Assembly: GCF_009914755.1 (NCBI RefSeq)
Contig: NC_060947.1
DNA: 64,000 nt
Direction: 5' to 3' (one strand)
Source: the human T2T-CHM13v2.0 reference genome, Homo sapiens
The notes below the pieces were generated by a model, which made no database searches, was not told the origin of the DNA, and saw nothing but the letters and a program-made list of their open reading frames with translations. The position numbers and the translations under genes are program-made. Shown here piece by piece: positions 44,701 through 58,135 of this stretch (positions are counted from its first letter, which is position 1; the number at the start of each line of letters is the position of its first letter).

Positions 44701-47691
44701 ATCTAATTTTCCCAGAACTGTGTATTGAAAAGGGTATCCTTTCCCCAGTGTATGTTTTGTCAACTGTGTCAAAGATCAGTTGGCATACATATGTGGCTTT
44801 ATTTGTGAGTTCTCAACTGTTCCATTGGTCTATGTGTCTATTTTTACACCAGTACCATGCTGTGTTTGTTACTATAGCCTTGTAGTATATTTTGAAGTTA
44901 GGTAAGTGTAGTATATTTTGAAGTTTTTTGATGGAGTCTTGAGGGTTTTCTAGATATAAGCTTACATCATCAGCAAGGAGAGATAATTTGACTTCTTCTT
45001 TTCCACTTTGGATGTCTTTTATTTCTTTTCTTGCCTGATTTCTCTGGCTAGCTAGGATTTCTAGTACAATCTTAAATAGGAGAGGTAAAAGTGAGCATCC
45101 TTATCTTGTTCCTGTCTTAGGGGGAATGCTTTCAACTTTTCCCCTTCAGTATCATGTTGACTGTACATTTGTTGTATATGGCCATTATTATTTTGAGGTA
45201 TGTTTTTTCTATGCCTACTTTGCTAAGGGTTTTTATCATGAAGGGAGGCTGAATTTTATTAAATGTCTTTTCTAATCTATTCTAATGGCCCTATGTTTTT
45301 ACCCTTAATTGTTTGTGTGATGAATCACATTTATTGATTTGTATATTTGAACCATCCTTGAATCCCTGGAATAAAACCCACTTGAGTATTCTCTTTTTGA
45401 TGTGTTGCTGGATTCAGTTTGCTAGTATTTTTTTCTTGAGGATTTTTGCATCTATTTTCATCAGGGATATTGGCCCATGATTTTCTTTTTTTGTTGTGTC
45501 TTTGCCTGGTTTTAGAATCAGAGTGATGCTGGCTTCATAGAATGAGAGGAAGAATTCTCTCCTCCATTTTTTAAAACTGTTTCAGGAAAATCGGTACCAG
45601 TTCTTCTTTTCACATTTGGTAGAATTCATCTGTGAATCCACGTGTCCTGGGCTTTTTTTCTGTTCTTGTTGGGAGACTTTTTTTAATTATTGATTCAGTC
45701 TCATTATTTGTTATTGGGCTGTTCAGAGTTTCTATTTTTTCCCGGCACAATCTTGAGAGGTTGTGTGTTTCCAGGACTTTATCCATTTCCTCTAGGTTTC
45801 CTAGTTTGTAAGAATATGGTTGTTCATAGTACTCTCTGATGATATTTTGTATTACTGAGGCATCAGTTGTAGTGTCTTATTTTTCATTTCTGATTATGAT
45901 TTTAGATTTTCTTTTCTTGGTTAGTCTAGCTAGCTGTTTATCAATTCCATTTGTCTTTTCAAAGAACCAGCTTTTCATTTCATTGATCATTTGTATTGTT
46001 TTATTGGCCTCAGTTTTATTTAGTTCTGCTCTGATCATTATTTTCTTCTGCTAGCTTTAGCTTCGGTTTTTTCATGTTTTTCTATTTTCTTGAGGTACTA
46101 TGTTAGGCTTTTAATTTGTGATCTTTGTATTTTTTTATGTAGGCATTTAATGCTATGAACTTTCCTCTTAGCACTGCTCTTGCTGTCTCTTAGAGGTTTT
46201 GGTATGTTGTTTATGTTGTGTTTCCATTTCCGTTTGTTTAATTTTTTTAATGTATGCCCTAATTTTGTCATGGACCCAGAGATCAGTTAGGAGCATGTTG
46301 TCTAATTTCTATGTGTTTCTATTGTTTCAAGAGTTCCTCTTGTTATTGATTTCTAGGTCAATTCTGCTTTGATTTGAGAAGATACTTGATGTGATTTCCA
46401 TTTTAAAAAAATATTGAAACTTGTTTTGAGGCCCAACATATGGTCTATCTTGGAGAATGCTCTATATGCTGATGAGTAGAATGTATATTCTGCAGTTGTT
46501 GGGTACAATGTTTTGTAAATGTCTGTTAGGCCCATTTGGTCTAAAGTCCAATTTAAGTCCAATGCTTCCTTTTTTTATTTCTGACTTTTATTTTAGGTTC
46601 AAGGGTATACATGCAGAATGTGCAGTTTTGTTAATAGGTAAATGTGTGACATAGTGGTTTGCTACACAAATCATCCCATCACCCAGGTATTAAGCCCAGA
46701 ATCCACAAGCTATTCTTCCTGATCCTCTCCTTCTTGCCATCCCCCATCTCCAAAATGCCCCAGTGTGTGTTGCTCCCCTCCATATGTCCATGCATTCTCA
46801 TCATTAACTCCCACTTATAAATGAGAACAGGCAGTATTTGGTTTTCAGTTCCTGCATTAGTTTGCTAAGGATAATGGCCTCCAGCTCCATTCATATCCCT
46901 GCAAAGGACATGATCTTGTTCCTGGCTGCATATAATGCCATGGTGTATATGCACCACATTTTCTTTATCTAGTCTATAATTGATAGGCATTTACATTGAT
47001 CCATGTCCTTGCTGTTGTGAATACTGCTGCAATTAAGATACACATGCATGTGTCTTTATAATAGAATGATTTCTATTCCTTTGGGTACATACCCAGTAAT
47101 GGGATTGCTGGGTCAAATGGTAGTTCTGTCTCTAGATCACTGAGGAATTGCCACGCTGTCTTCCACAATGGTTGAACTAATTTACATTCCCACCAACAGT
47201 GTAAAAGCACTTCTTTTTCTCCACAATCTCTCCAGCATCTGTTATTTTTTGACTTTTTAATAATAGGCATTATGACTGGTGTGAGATGGCATCTCATTGT
47301 AGTTTTGATTTGCATTTCTCTAATGATCAGTGATGTTGAGCTTTTTTCATGTTTGTTGGCTGCATGTATATCTTCTTTTGAGAGGTGTCTGTTCGTATGC
47401 TTTGCCCACTTTTTAATGGGGTTTTTTTCTTGTAAATTTGTTTAAGTTCCTTGTAGATGCTGGATATTAGAAATTTGTCAGATAAATAGATGGAAAAACT
47501 TCCCCCATTCTGTAGATTGTTCACTCTTGATAGTTTCTTTTGCTGTGCAGAAGCTCTTTAATTTAATTAGATCCCATTTGTCAATATTTGCGTTCATTGC
47601 AATTGTTTTTAGTGGCTTTGTCATAAAATCTTTGCCCATGCCTACATCCAGAATGGTATTGCCTAGGTTTTCATCTAAAGACTTTGTGATT

Positions 47692-48026
<335 letters not shown>

Positions 48027-50960
48027 GATTTTTGGTTTTAGATTTAAGTCTTTAATCCATCTTAAGTTGATTTTTGTATATAGTGTAAGGGAAGGGTCAA
48101 GTTTCAATTTTCTGCATATGGCTAACCAGTTCTCCCAGCACCATTTATTGAATACGGAATCATATTCCCATTGCTTGTTTTTGTCAGGTTTGTCGAAGTT
48201 CAGATGGTTGTAGGTGTGCAATCTTATTTCTGGTTTCTCTATTCTGTCCATGGGTTTATGTGTCTGTTTTTGTACCAGTACCATGCTATTTTAGTTACTG
48301 TAGGCCTTTAGCAAAGTTTGAAGTTGGGAAGTATGATGCCTCCAACTTTGTTCTCTTTGCTTAGAATTGCCTTGGCTATTCAGGCTCTTTTTTGATTCCA
48401 CATGAATTTTAAAATAGTTTTTTTTTAAATTCTGTGATAAATGTTAATGGTAGTTTAATGGGAATAGCATTGAATATGTAAATTGCCTTGGGAACTATGA
48501 CCATTTTCACAATATTTATTTCTCCTATCCATCCATGAGCATGGAATGTTTTTCTACTTGTTTGTGTCATTTCTGATTTCTTTGAGCAGTGGTTTGTAGC
48601 CGTCTTTGAAGAGGTCCGTCACTTCCCTTGTAAGCTGTATTTCTAGGTATTTTATTCTTATTGTGGCAATTGTGAAAGAGTTTACTCGTGATTTGGCTTT
48701 TGGCTTGCCTATTGTTGATATACAGGAGTGCTAGTCATTTTTACATAGTTAGGTTGATTTGGGATGGACAGTTCTGTAGATGTTTGTTAGGTCTGCTTGA
48801 TCTAGTGCTGAGTTAAAGTCCTAAATGTCTTTGTTAATTTTCTATCTCGATGATTGGGCTAATATTGTCAGTGAGGTATTAAAGTCTTCCACTATTATTG
48901 TGTGGTTGTTCAAATCCCTTTGATGGTCTCTAAGAACTGGCTTTATGAATCTGAGTGCTCCTGTGTTGGGTACATATCTACTTAGGATAGTTAGCTCTTT
49001 TTGTTGAATTGAACTCCTTACCATTATGTAATGCCCTTCTTTGTCTTTATTTATCTTTGTTGGTTTAAAGTCTGTTTTGTCAGAAACTAGGCTTGCAACA
49101 CTTGCTTTTCTGTGTTTTCTATTTGCTTGGTATCTCAATCAGTCCTAGATTCGGTCTCTGTACATAATCCCATATTTCTCAGAGGTTTTGTTCATTTCTT
49201 TTTATTGTTTTATCTCTATTCCCTCACAGCGCAACTGGTTTTTCTTCTTCCTGGGGGCTGTGGTGGGATCTGCCTTTCTGTGAGGATTCATGGGGTGGCT
49301 GGGCCAGCATCTGTCCAAAGGGAGGCACTTCTCCATTTTTTGTGTGTTTTTGCATGAGATGGGTCTCTTGAAGACAGCATACCTGTGGGTCTTGGTTCTT
49401 TATCCCACTTGCCACTCTGTCTTTTAATTGGGGCAATTAGTCCATTTACATTGAAGGTTATTGTTGTTATGTGTAGATTTAATCCTGTCATCATGATGTT
49501 AGCTGGTTGTTTTGCAGACCTGTTTATGTGGTTGCTTCATAGTGTCACTGGTCTATGTACTTCAGTATGTTTTTGTAATGGCTGGTAACAGTTTTTCCTT
49601 TCCATATTTACAGCTTCCTTCCTGCAGGGCAGATCTGGTGGTGATGAATTCCCTCAGCATCTGCTTGTCCTAAAAGGATTTTATTTCTCCTTCACTTAGG
49701 AAGGTTAGTTTGGCTGGACATGAACTTCAGGGTTGGAAATTCTTTTAAGAATGTTAAATATTGGTCCCAAATTTCTTCTGGCTTGTAGGGTTTTCCCTGA
49801 GAAGTCTGCCCTTAGTTTGATGGAATTTCATTTGTATGTGACCTAGCCTTTCTCTCTGGCTGCCCTTAACATTTTTTCTTTCATTTTGACCTTGGAGAAC
49901 CTGATGATTCTCTGTGTCTTAGGGAGATCTTCTCATGGAGTATCTTACTGTGGCTCTCTTCATTTCCTGAATTTGAATGTTGGCCTGTCTAGCTAGATTG
50001 GGGAACTTCTCCTGAATTATATCCTGAAGTGTATTTTCCAACTTGGTTCCATTTTCCCTGTCTCTTTCAGGTACCCCAATCAGTCGTAGATTCCATCTCT
50101 TTACATAATACCATATTTCTTGGAGGTTTTGTTTATTCCTTTTTATTCTTTTATCTCTATAGTTGTCTGCCTGCTTACTTCAGAAAGACAGTCTTCAAGC
50201 TCTGAGATTCTCTACTCTGCTTGGTCTATTCTCCTATTAATACTTGTGATTGCATTGTGAGGTTCTTGTGTTTTGTTTTTCAGCTCTGTCAGGTTGGTTC
50301 TCTTTTTCTCTTTATACTATTTTGGCTGTCAACTTCTACATTGTTTTATTATGATTCTTAGCTTTTTTGCATTGGTTTACAATATGCTCCTTTAGCTCAG
50401 CAAAGCTCATTTTTATTCACCTTCTGAAGCCTACTTCTATCATTTCAGCCATCCCAGCCTCAGGTCAGTTCTGATCTCTTGCTGTAGAGGTGCTGTGGTC
50501 ATTTGGAGGTAAGGGGGCTCTGTGGCTTTTTGAGTTTTGAGTGTCTTTGCACTGATGCTTTCTCATCTTTGTGAACTTATCTACCTTTGAGTTTGAAGTT
50601 GCTGATTTTTGGTTGGGTTTTTTGTCTTTTGTTGTTTTTGTTGTTGGTGGTTTGTTTGTTTTTCTTGTAACAGTCTCACCACTCTTCCCTAGGGCTGCTG
50701 TGGTTTGCTGGGGGTCCACTCCAGAGCCTAGTTGCCTCAGTTTTTCCAGTATCTGCAGGCATCACCAGTGAAGACTGCAAAACAGCAAAGATAACAGCCT
50801 GCTCCTACCTCTGGGAACCTCATCCCAGGGGGCTACTGACCTGTTGCCTGCCTGAACACACCTGTAGAATGTGGCTGGAGTCACTGGTTGGGAGTTCTTA
50901 CCCAGTCAACAGGAAGGGGATCAGAGACCCACTTAAAGAAGCAGGCTGGCTGCATTTTGG

Positions 50961-51309
50961 CCATAAAAAAGAATGAGTACAGGGACATGGATGAAGCTGG
51001 AAGCCATTATTCTCAGCAAACTAACACAGGAACAGAAAACCAAACACTGTATGTTCTCACTCATAAGTAGGAGTTGAACAATGAGAACACATGGGCACAG
51101 GGAGGGGAGCATCACACACCGGGGCCTGTCAGGGGGTGGGGGGCAATGGGAGGGAGAGCATTAGGACAAATACCTAATGCATGTGGGGCTTAAAACCTAG
51201 ATGACAGGTTCATAGGTACAGCAAACCACCATGGCACATGTATACCTATGTGACAAACCTGTACAATCTGCACATGTATCCCAGAACTTAAAAAAAAAAA
51301 AAAAAAAAA
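50961..51309 (+). mobile_element. L1PA7/8 3' end with poly(A), inserted in the L1PA13 5'UTR
   Basis: L1 3'UTR plus an A20 tail, flanked by AAGAAGCA(GG/AT)CTGGCTGCATTTTGG near-duplications. Confidence 0.9.
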
Positions 51310-52356
51310 GAAGCAATCTGGCTGCATTTTGGTAGAGTGGCTGTGTTGTGTTGGGGGATCCCTTCGGCCACCAATTGGTTTGGGTTTCCAAGGCCCACAG
51401 GATGGAACAACTGTGATGCTCAAAGAGCAAAGGTGGTGCTCTCCATCCCAGGAAGAAATTAGAACTCTGTTGGCTATAGGACACAAGTGGGGGTGGCCAG
51501 AGGTTCTGGCTGGGAGGACCAACCAGCAAGGAGGAATGTATTGGGGTCCATTTAAAGAAGCAATCTGGCCACACCTCAACAAAACAGCAGTGCTGTGCTG
51601 GTGAACCACCTCTGCCCCAGGCAGCTTGGATTCTCCTAAGCCCACAGGCTAGAATGGCTGAGTTGTGCAAACTGCAAAGTTGGTGGCCCACCCCACCCTC
51701 TGGGTACTCTGTCCCAGGGAGAAATCAGAATTCTATCCATAGAACATGGGTGAGGGTGCCTGGAGGCCCTGGCTGGAAAAGGAATGGATTGGGGTCCTGC
51801 TTAAAGAAGCAGTCTGACCATGTATTGGTAAAGCAGCTGAGAGTCCAAACTGTTTGGACACTCCATGACCCACAGGCTGGAACGCCTGAGTCATACAAAC
51901 AGCAAAGTTGGTTACCTACCCCTCCCTGCAATGACTTCATCCCATCTCAGGCAGGTGCTACCCTGTTGCCAGTGGCTGGCTGGAATTCTGGGCCAGTTGG
52001 TCTTATCTTGTGAGGTGCCATGGAAGTGGGGCCCGCAGACCAACACTGCTTGACCCCCTGGATTCATCCATCTTCCTAGGGGTATGTATGGACCTGCCTG
52101 CCTTGCCTGAGTTGTAGTCACCTTTGCCAGGGATCTTGGGGCCAGAGTAAATCTCCTGTGTCTCTGTACATGCCTGAGCTGCTTTTACAAATCCTTTTGA
52201 ACATAGCTTATCTTTACAACTGCTTCTCTGGGAATGGTCGTCTCATAGAATCACATATAGTCCAGTAGTTTTCAAACCCAACTTTTGATATTTACTTGAG
52301 AAATATAATAAACATGAATGCATGAGCCCCACTCCAAAACAATCAGAATCTCTGGG

Positions 52357-53612
52357 AGACCTGCAGGCCCAACACCACATGGAAGCCACCAAGGCTTTGG
52401 GGTTGTGTCCTCTGAAGCAACATCCTGAGCTGCATGTTGGCCCCTTTTAACCATGACTGGATCTGGAATAGTTGGGACACAGGGCACCAAGTTCCAAGGC
52501 TGCACAGAGCAACAGGGTCCTTGGCCTGGCCCATGAAACCATTTTTCCCTCTTAGGCCTTCAGGCCTGTAATGGGACAGGCTGCCATGAAGGTCTCTGAC
52601 ATGGCCTGGAGACAGTTTCCCCATTGTCTTGGCTATAAACATTCAGCTCTTCGTTACTTATGCAAATTTCTGTAGCCAGCTCGAATTCTTCCCTAGAAAA
52701 TGGGTTTTTCTTTTCTACCACATGGTCAAGCTGCAAAATTTTCAATCCTTTATGTTCTGCTGCTTTTTTAAACATAAGTCCCAATTTCAAACCATCTCTT
52801 CGTGAATGCATATAATTGAACACTTTCAGAATAAGCCAGGTCACCTCTTGAATGCTTTGCTACTTAGAAATTTCTTTTGCCAGATATCCTAAATCATCTC
52901 TCTCCAATTCAAACTTTCACAGATATCTATGGCAGAGGCAAAATGCTGCCAGTCTCTTCGCTAAAGTATAGCATAAGTGACCTTTATTCCAGTTCTTAAT
53001 AAGTTCCTCATCTCCATCTGAGACCACCTCAGCATGGACTTCATTTTTAATATCACCATCAGCATTTTGGTCAAAACCATTCAACAAGTCTCTAGAAAGT
53101 TCCAAACTTTCCCACTTCTTCCTGTCTTCTTTTGAGACCTCCAAACTTTTCCAACCTCTGCCTGTTACCCAGTTCCAAAGTTGCTTCCACATTTTCAGGT
53201 TATCTTTATAGCAGTACCCCACTCTGCAGGTACCAATTCTCTGTATTAGTCCATTCTTACACTGCTATAAAGATACTGAGACTGGATAATTTATAAACAA
53301 AGGAGGTTTAATTGACTCACAGTTTTGCATGGCTGGGGAGGCCTCAGTAAAGTTACAATCATGGCAGAAGGTGAAGGGGGAGTGAGGAACATCTTCACAA
53401 GGCAGCAGCAGAGAGAGAGAGCAAAGAAGGAACTGCCAAACACTTGTGTAGCCATCAGCTCTCATGAGAACTCCCTCATGAAACATCATGAAAACAGCAT
53501 GGGGTAACCTGTCCCCATAATCCAATCACCTCCCACCAAGTCCCTCCCTAAATATGTGGGGATTACAATTTGAGATAATATTTGGGTAGGGACACAGAGA
53601 CAAACCATATCA
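52357..53612 (-). mobile_element. MaLR (MSTA/THE1-type) 5' LTR (53242-53612) plus partial internal region
   Basis: LTR TGTATTAGTCC…CAAACCATATCA. Internal MaLR ORF-like peptides appear at 52560-53222. Confidence 0.88.
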
Positions 53613-53822
53613 ACCATAATGAAGAAAGCAAGGTATATAAGATCAAGTGACTTGCCTATAAGTCCATGAGGTGTTCCAAACCTGCTGTGCAGTCTGCATC
53701 ATTTTTCATTCTTTACATGCCTCTAGACTTAGAGAGGCTGATAAGCTTGGAAAATGATGTGCTTCTATCAACAGTAAAGATATTTTTCCATTTTCTACAA
53801 CATTGTAAGTTCTGGCCATTAA

Positions 53823-54129
<307 letters not shown>

Positions 54130-55159
54130 AAATGTATAATCTTAAAATACCACTAACATAGTATGATTTGAGAACCATCGCAGAATCTCACCATCCCTAA
54201 ACATCCTTCTTGCTGATCTTTCACAGTGCCTGAAGTTTATTCTGCTAATCATTCTTCTAAGCTATGACACTGTTACCAGAATACAGGAATAGAGAGAGAG
54301 TGGGCTGTTAACATACCTGCTGTCACCTTGGAAAGCAGCCACAGAGCCCTGAAGATCTGGCCTGGGGTAGACATATTAATGAAAGATGCAGAAAAAAGGA
54401 AAAGCCCAGAATATAGGGCAAGCTCCCAGTAAAAGTCCTGGGTAGAATGGTGCCAAAGACTAGTTTTCTTATTTCAAAATGGTGCCCAAATGCTTGACAT
54501 ATCTACATTTTATAAAATCCCTTAAGTAATACGGTCAAAAGAGCACTAGAGTTGTGAAACAGGAGACTTGAGTTATTTTAGTAGTTCAGACTATGTGGCC
54601 TGGGACAGATCCATTTCCCTCTTTTTCTTACACATCAAATGTGAAGATTAAATTAGAGTAGCAAATATCCTGACTGCTTCTAAACGTTTGATTCTCATAG
54701 TGAATCAGTTCAATTGCCCTTGTGTCTAGTGTAGTTATGGCATAAGCTAATATGTTAATGCCTCCCCCTTACCACTGTGGCTGGCAGTATTTATAAAACA
54801 TACAAGCCCTAAGCCTATTGAGAACCCAAGCAGTTGGTGCTGCCATACGTTTAAGAAGGACACAAAGAAACCTAGGGTCAAAGAAAGTCTGTTGAAGTAA
54901 TTTAAAGGGAAGGAACTGTGAAAGGAGATGGTATTTTTCTTTTAAAACAGAAATATTGCTTCATTGAGTGGAGGTTGTGAGATGACAGGTAAGAAGATCC
55001 CAGACTTATAAGAAACTTCCTAAAGAATTTTAAAATGAAAATGGTTGTAGAAACACTCATCCACCTGAAATGAGTTAGATGCCTGTTTCTTGTCTCCAAG
55101 CAAAGGTTGGACTGGATAAAAAGAACCCCAGCAAGTAACCTAGAAAGTACCCTAATGTG

Positions 55160-55513
<354 letters not shown>

Positions 55514-56899
55514 TTATTTTTTAAACTAAATGTTTAGCAAAATAGGAAAAAGCATAAATAAGAAAGCAATATTCATCCCAATCCTAATATGCAGCCTTCT
55601 CCTGCATGTCCCTGCCTTCCAAAATGTTTGCACATGGTACAACACCAGTATATAGACCCAGAGGTTAGTATGAAGGCAAAAGGCATTTTTTCCTGAACAA
55701 AAGCCAAAAAGGGAGCTGCTATTTTGTCAAGAAAGGGAGTGACAGCCCTTAGTACAGTGGTTCATGTTCAGGGTACTGAATAAGAACAAAATAGGGCTGA
55801 TGGTGTTATTTCAGGCATTGGAGGGAAGACCACTGGGTAATGTTGACACTTCTACAATAATTGAGAGGATAATGGGGGCCAGAAGTCCCCTTTGTCAAGA
55901 AATGGCAGGGAGTCTGGGGTAAGAACTAGCAGAGTTAATATACATCCGTGCCATTAGCATGGGCTTTAAAGATGTTAGAACAGGCAGCAGAGCTATAGGC
56001 ATTGCACCCAGGTCCCAGCCACCAGGCTTGGTGGATGGTAGGGAACTGTGGCAGCATTCCAACAGGGAGAGGCCAATGAGCATAAATACTGTTCTCTCGC
56101 TTTCTTTTAACTGTCACTAAGAGCACATTCAATTCAATGAGTCTACAATTCAGGTTGTCAGAAGAACAAAGGGACTCAATCTTTAGCCCTCTGGGAGAAC
56201 TATTGAGAAACCAAGTAACTATTTAAATCTCTGTGCAGCTGGGCAGGAAGGAGAGTCCAGCTCTGTTGGAAAGATTTGGCAGCTTTGTAAGGGAGGGAGG
56301 TCCAGTACCTGACCCAGAGGCTGTGTGCCACCACCCGCCCCCATCCCCCCTGCAACCCAATGAAAAAAAGAGTATAGGGTCAACCACCTGCCCTACCACA
56401 TATCAGCTGGTCCACCGACATTTATTTTAGCACTTCCACCCTAGTGGAGAACCTAGGTGCCAGTGTTTTCTAGGCCCTCCAAAGACAGTAAGCCCTTACG
56501 GCTCTATAAATGTATACATCCTCTCATCCTAGATAACCCCTCCCCAACTGAAACTCACAATCTCCACCTCACCTCTCCATCTCTCTCTCACACACACATA
56601 CACGTTTTTATTTTTAGAAGACTCGGAGAAGGCCTGTGACAAAAGCTTATGCTCTAGCCAAAGTCTGTGCTAGTTCTCTGCCAGCCAGTGGCCAGGCCAC
56701 TGAACTGCCATTATCTCCCTCCTCCCACTCTACGTGACCTCACCTCTGCTACCATTCATCTCTACCCAACCCTAGACTCTAGCATCCCTCACTCATTGCT
56801 TGTCTGCTTCTCTCCTTCTTGGCTAGTTATTGTGGCTGCTACAACAGTTACAATTAATGATTAGTTCCTACAGCATGCCTACCCATATCCTGTCCGCAG

Positions 56900-57016
56900 A
56901 TCCAGAGGCCTAAACCCAGAGCTGTCTAGAGAGCAGGAACCAGAGTCAACTGAAGCAGAGTGCAATGCAAGGGGCGACTTGAAGCTGGAAGATGAACACT
57001 GAGTGGCTTTACAGAG
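56900..57016 (+). pseudogene. TSX: TSX pseudogene, first coding-exon relic (FIP1-like N-terminus)
   Basis: Acceptor tcctgtccgcAG (56898-99) and donor GTAAGT (57017). From CTG at 56922 it reads LSREQEPESTEAECNARGDLKLEDEH, then +1 shift, EWLYR, versus recalled mouse Tsx MSEKQSPKTSEAECSAMDLPEFEDEENWLFK. It lies downstream of and on the same strand as CHIC1, as Tsx does in mouse. Confidence 0.8.
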
Positions 57017-57107
57017 GTAAGTACATACATTCTTATTGGTAATGTGAGGGAGAATTAGACCTTCCCTGGTCATGGGTTCAGTGATACTCAGATTCATTCA
57101 TTCTCTC

Positions 57108-57114
57108 TAGATAG

Positions 57115-57162
<48 letters not shown>

Positions 57163-57255
57163 GATAGATAGATGATAGATTATATAGAGAGAGATAGATT
57201 ATATATAGAGAGATAGATAGATTATATATAGATACATAGATTATATATATATATA
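57108..57255. repeat. (AGAT)n tetranucleotide STR grading into GA/TA-rich compound repeat
   Basis: Read directly; pure run at about 57116-57162. Confidence 0.95.
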
Positions 57256-57984
57256 TTTTCCCATGAGCAAAGGGGAAACCACCTCTTATCTCCTCAGAAC
57301 TTTTGCTTGTCATACTACCTCTCCCTTGACTTGTAAGTTATTTGCCTATCTGCTAAACTAGGCTCCCTAGTTTCTCAGAAACTGTTGAATTGAATCAGGA
57401 GTTCCCTTTAACTGAAGAGACCCAGAATGATGAACAATACAGCCTTCTAAACCTTGAGATGAATAGGAATTTCATACTAATCCCTGTGACTGCAGGTGGA
57501 TTCTTCCTTCTAGAGGTAAGAGCTGAAGTGGCTGAGGTGTGGATTCCATTCCTGAGGGTTGAAACCACTCTGGTATTTCATTTAGATAAGTTTACATTGA
57601 AAGGTTGGGGACATGTTAGAGGAAATTAGGTTTTTCCAGTGTGAAATGAACTCAGGATACCCTTTCTACTTCTCCCCTCCTAGGTAGAGTATCCGATATT
57701 GTTTACTGAACAAATTTAAGGAACTATCTGACAAACAAGCCCTATAAATGGAAGCATTTAAAACATACATTGGATTATTTTTACTACCATGGGAAAGTGG
57801 TGTTTAACCTTCCCATATCACAGTCTCACCTTCCATAAAATCAGGATTAATGCACAATCCTGATTCTTTCCTTTCTGAAACATGCAATAATAAATGTCTG
57901 CAAAGCACTTTGACCTCTAAGATATTAAATACACAAATTTTGTTTGCATTTGGATCTCTATTTTTTGTCCTAGGTGTATTTTTT

Positions 57985-58135
57985 AAACAGGGTCTTGCTA
58001 AATTTTTTCAATTTTTTTGTAGAGATAGGTCTTGCTATGTTGCCTAAGCTGGTCTCAAACTCCTAGCCTCAAACAGTCCTCCCAGCTCAGCGTCCCAAAA
58101 TTCTGGGATTACAAGCATGAACCACACCTGGCTGG
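57985..58135 (-). mobile_element. Alu monomer (FLAM/AluJ left-arm type)
   Basis: GTCTTGCTATGTTGCCTAAGCTGGTCTCAAACTCCT…TGGGATTACAAGCATGA. Confidence 0.8.

Larger units (their letters stand above)
42770..46565 (-). mobile_element. L1PB3/4-like element (3' end to ORF2 EN region), interrupted by LTR22 and THE1 and carrying internal deletions
   Basis: L1PB-type 3'UTR reverse complement (TACATGGATATAT..GTAGTGGTG..GTC…CATTGTACCCATTAAGTAATTTCTC) and ORF2 fragments (43942-44172, 46353-46562). Confidence 0.85.

Noticed and set aside
50933-51830. Recurrent TTAAAGAAGCA(G/A)TCTGG units as a novel repeat array
   Set aside because: Explained by tandem units of old L1PA 5'UTRs plus one target-site duplication.
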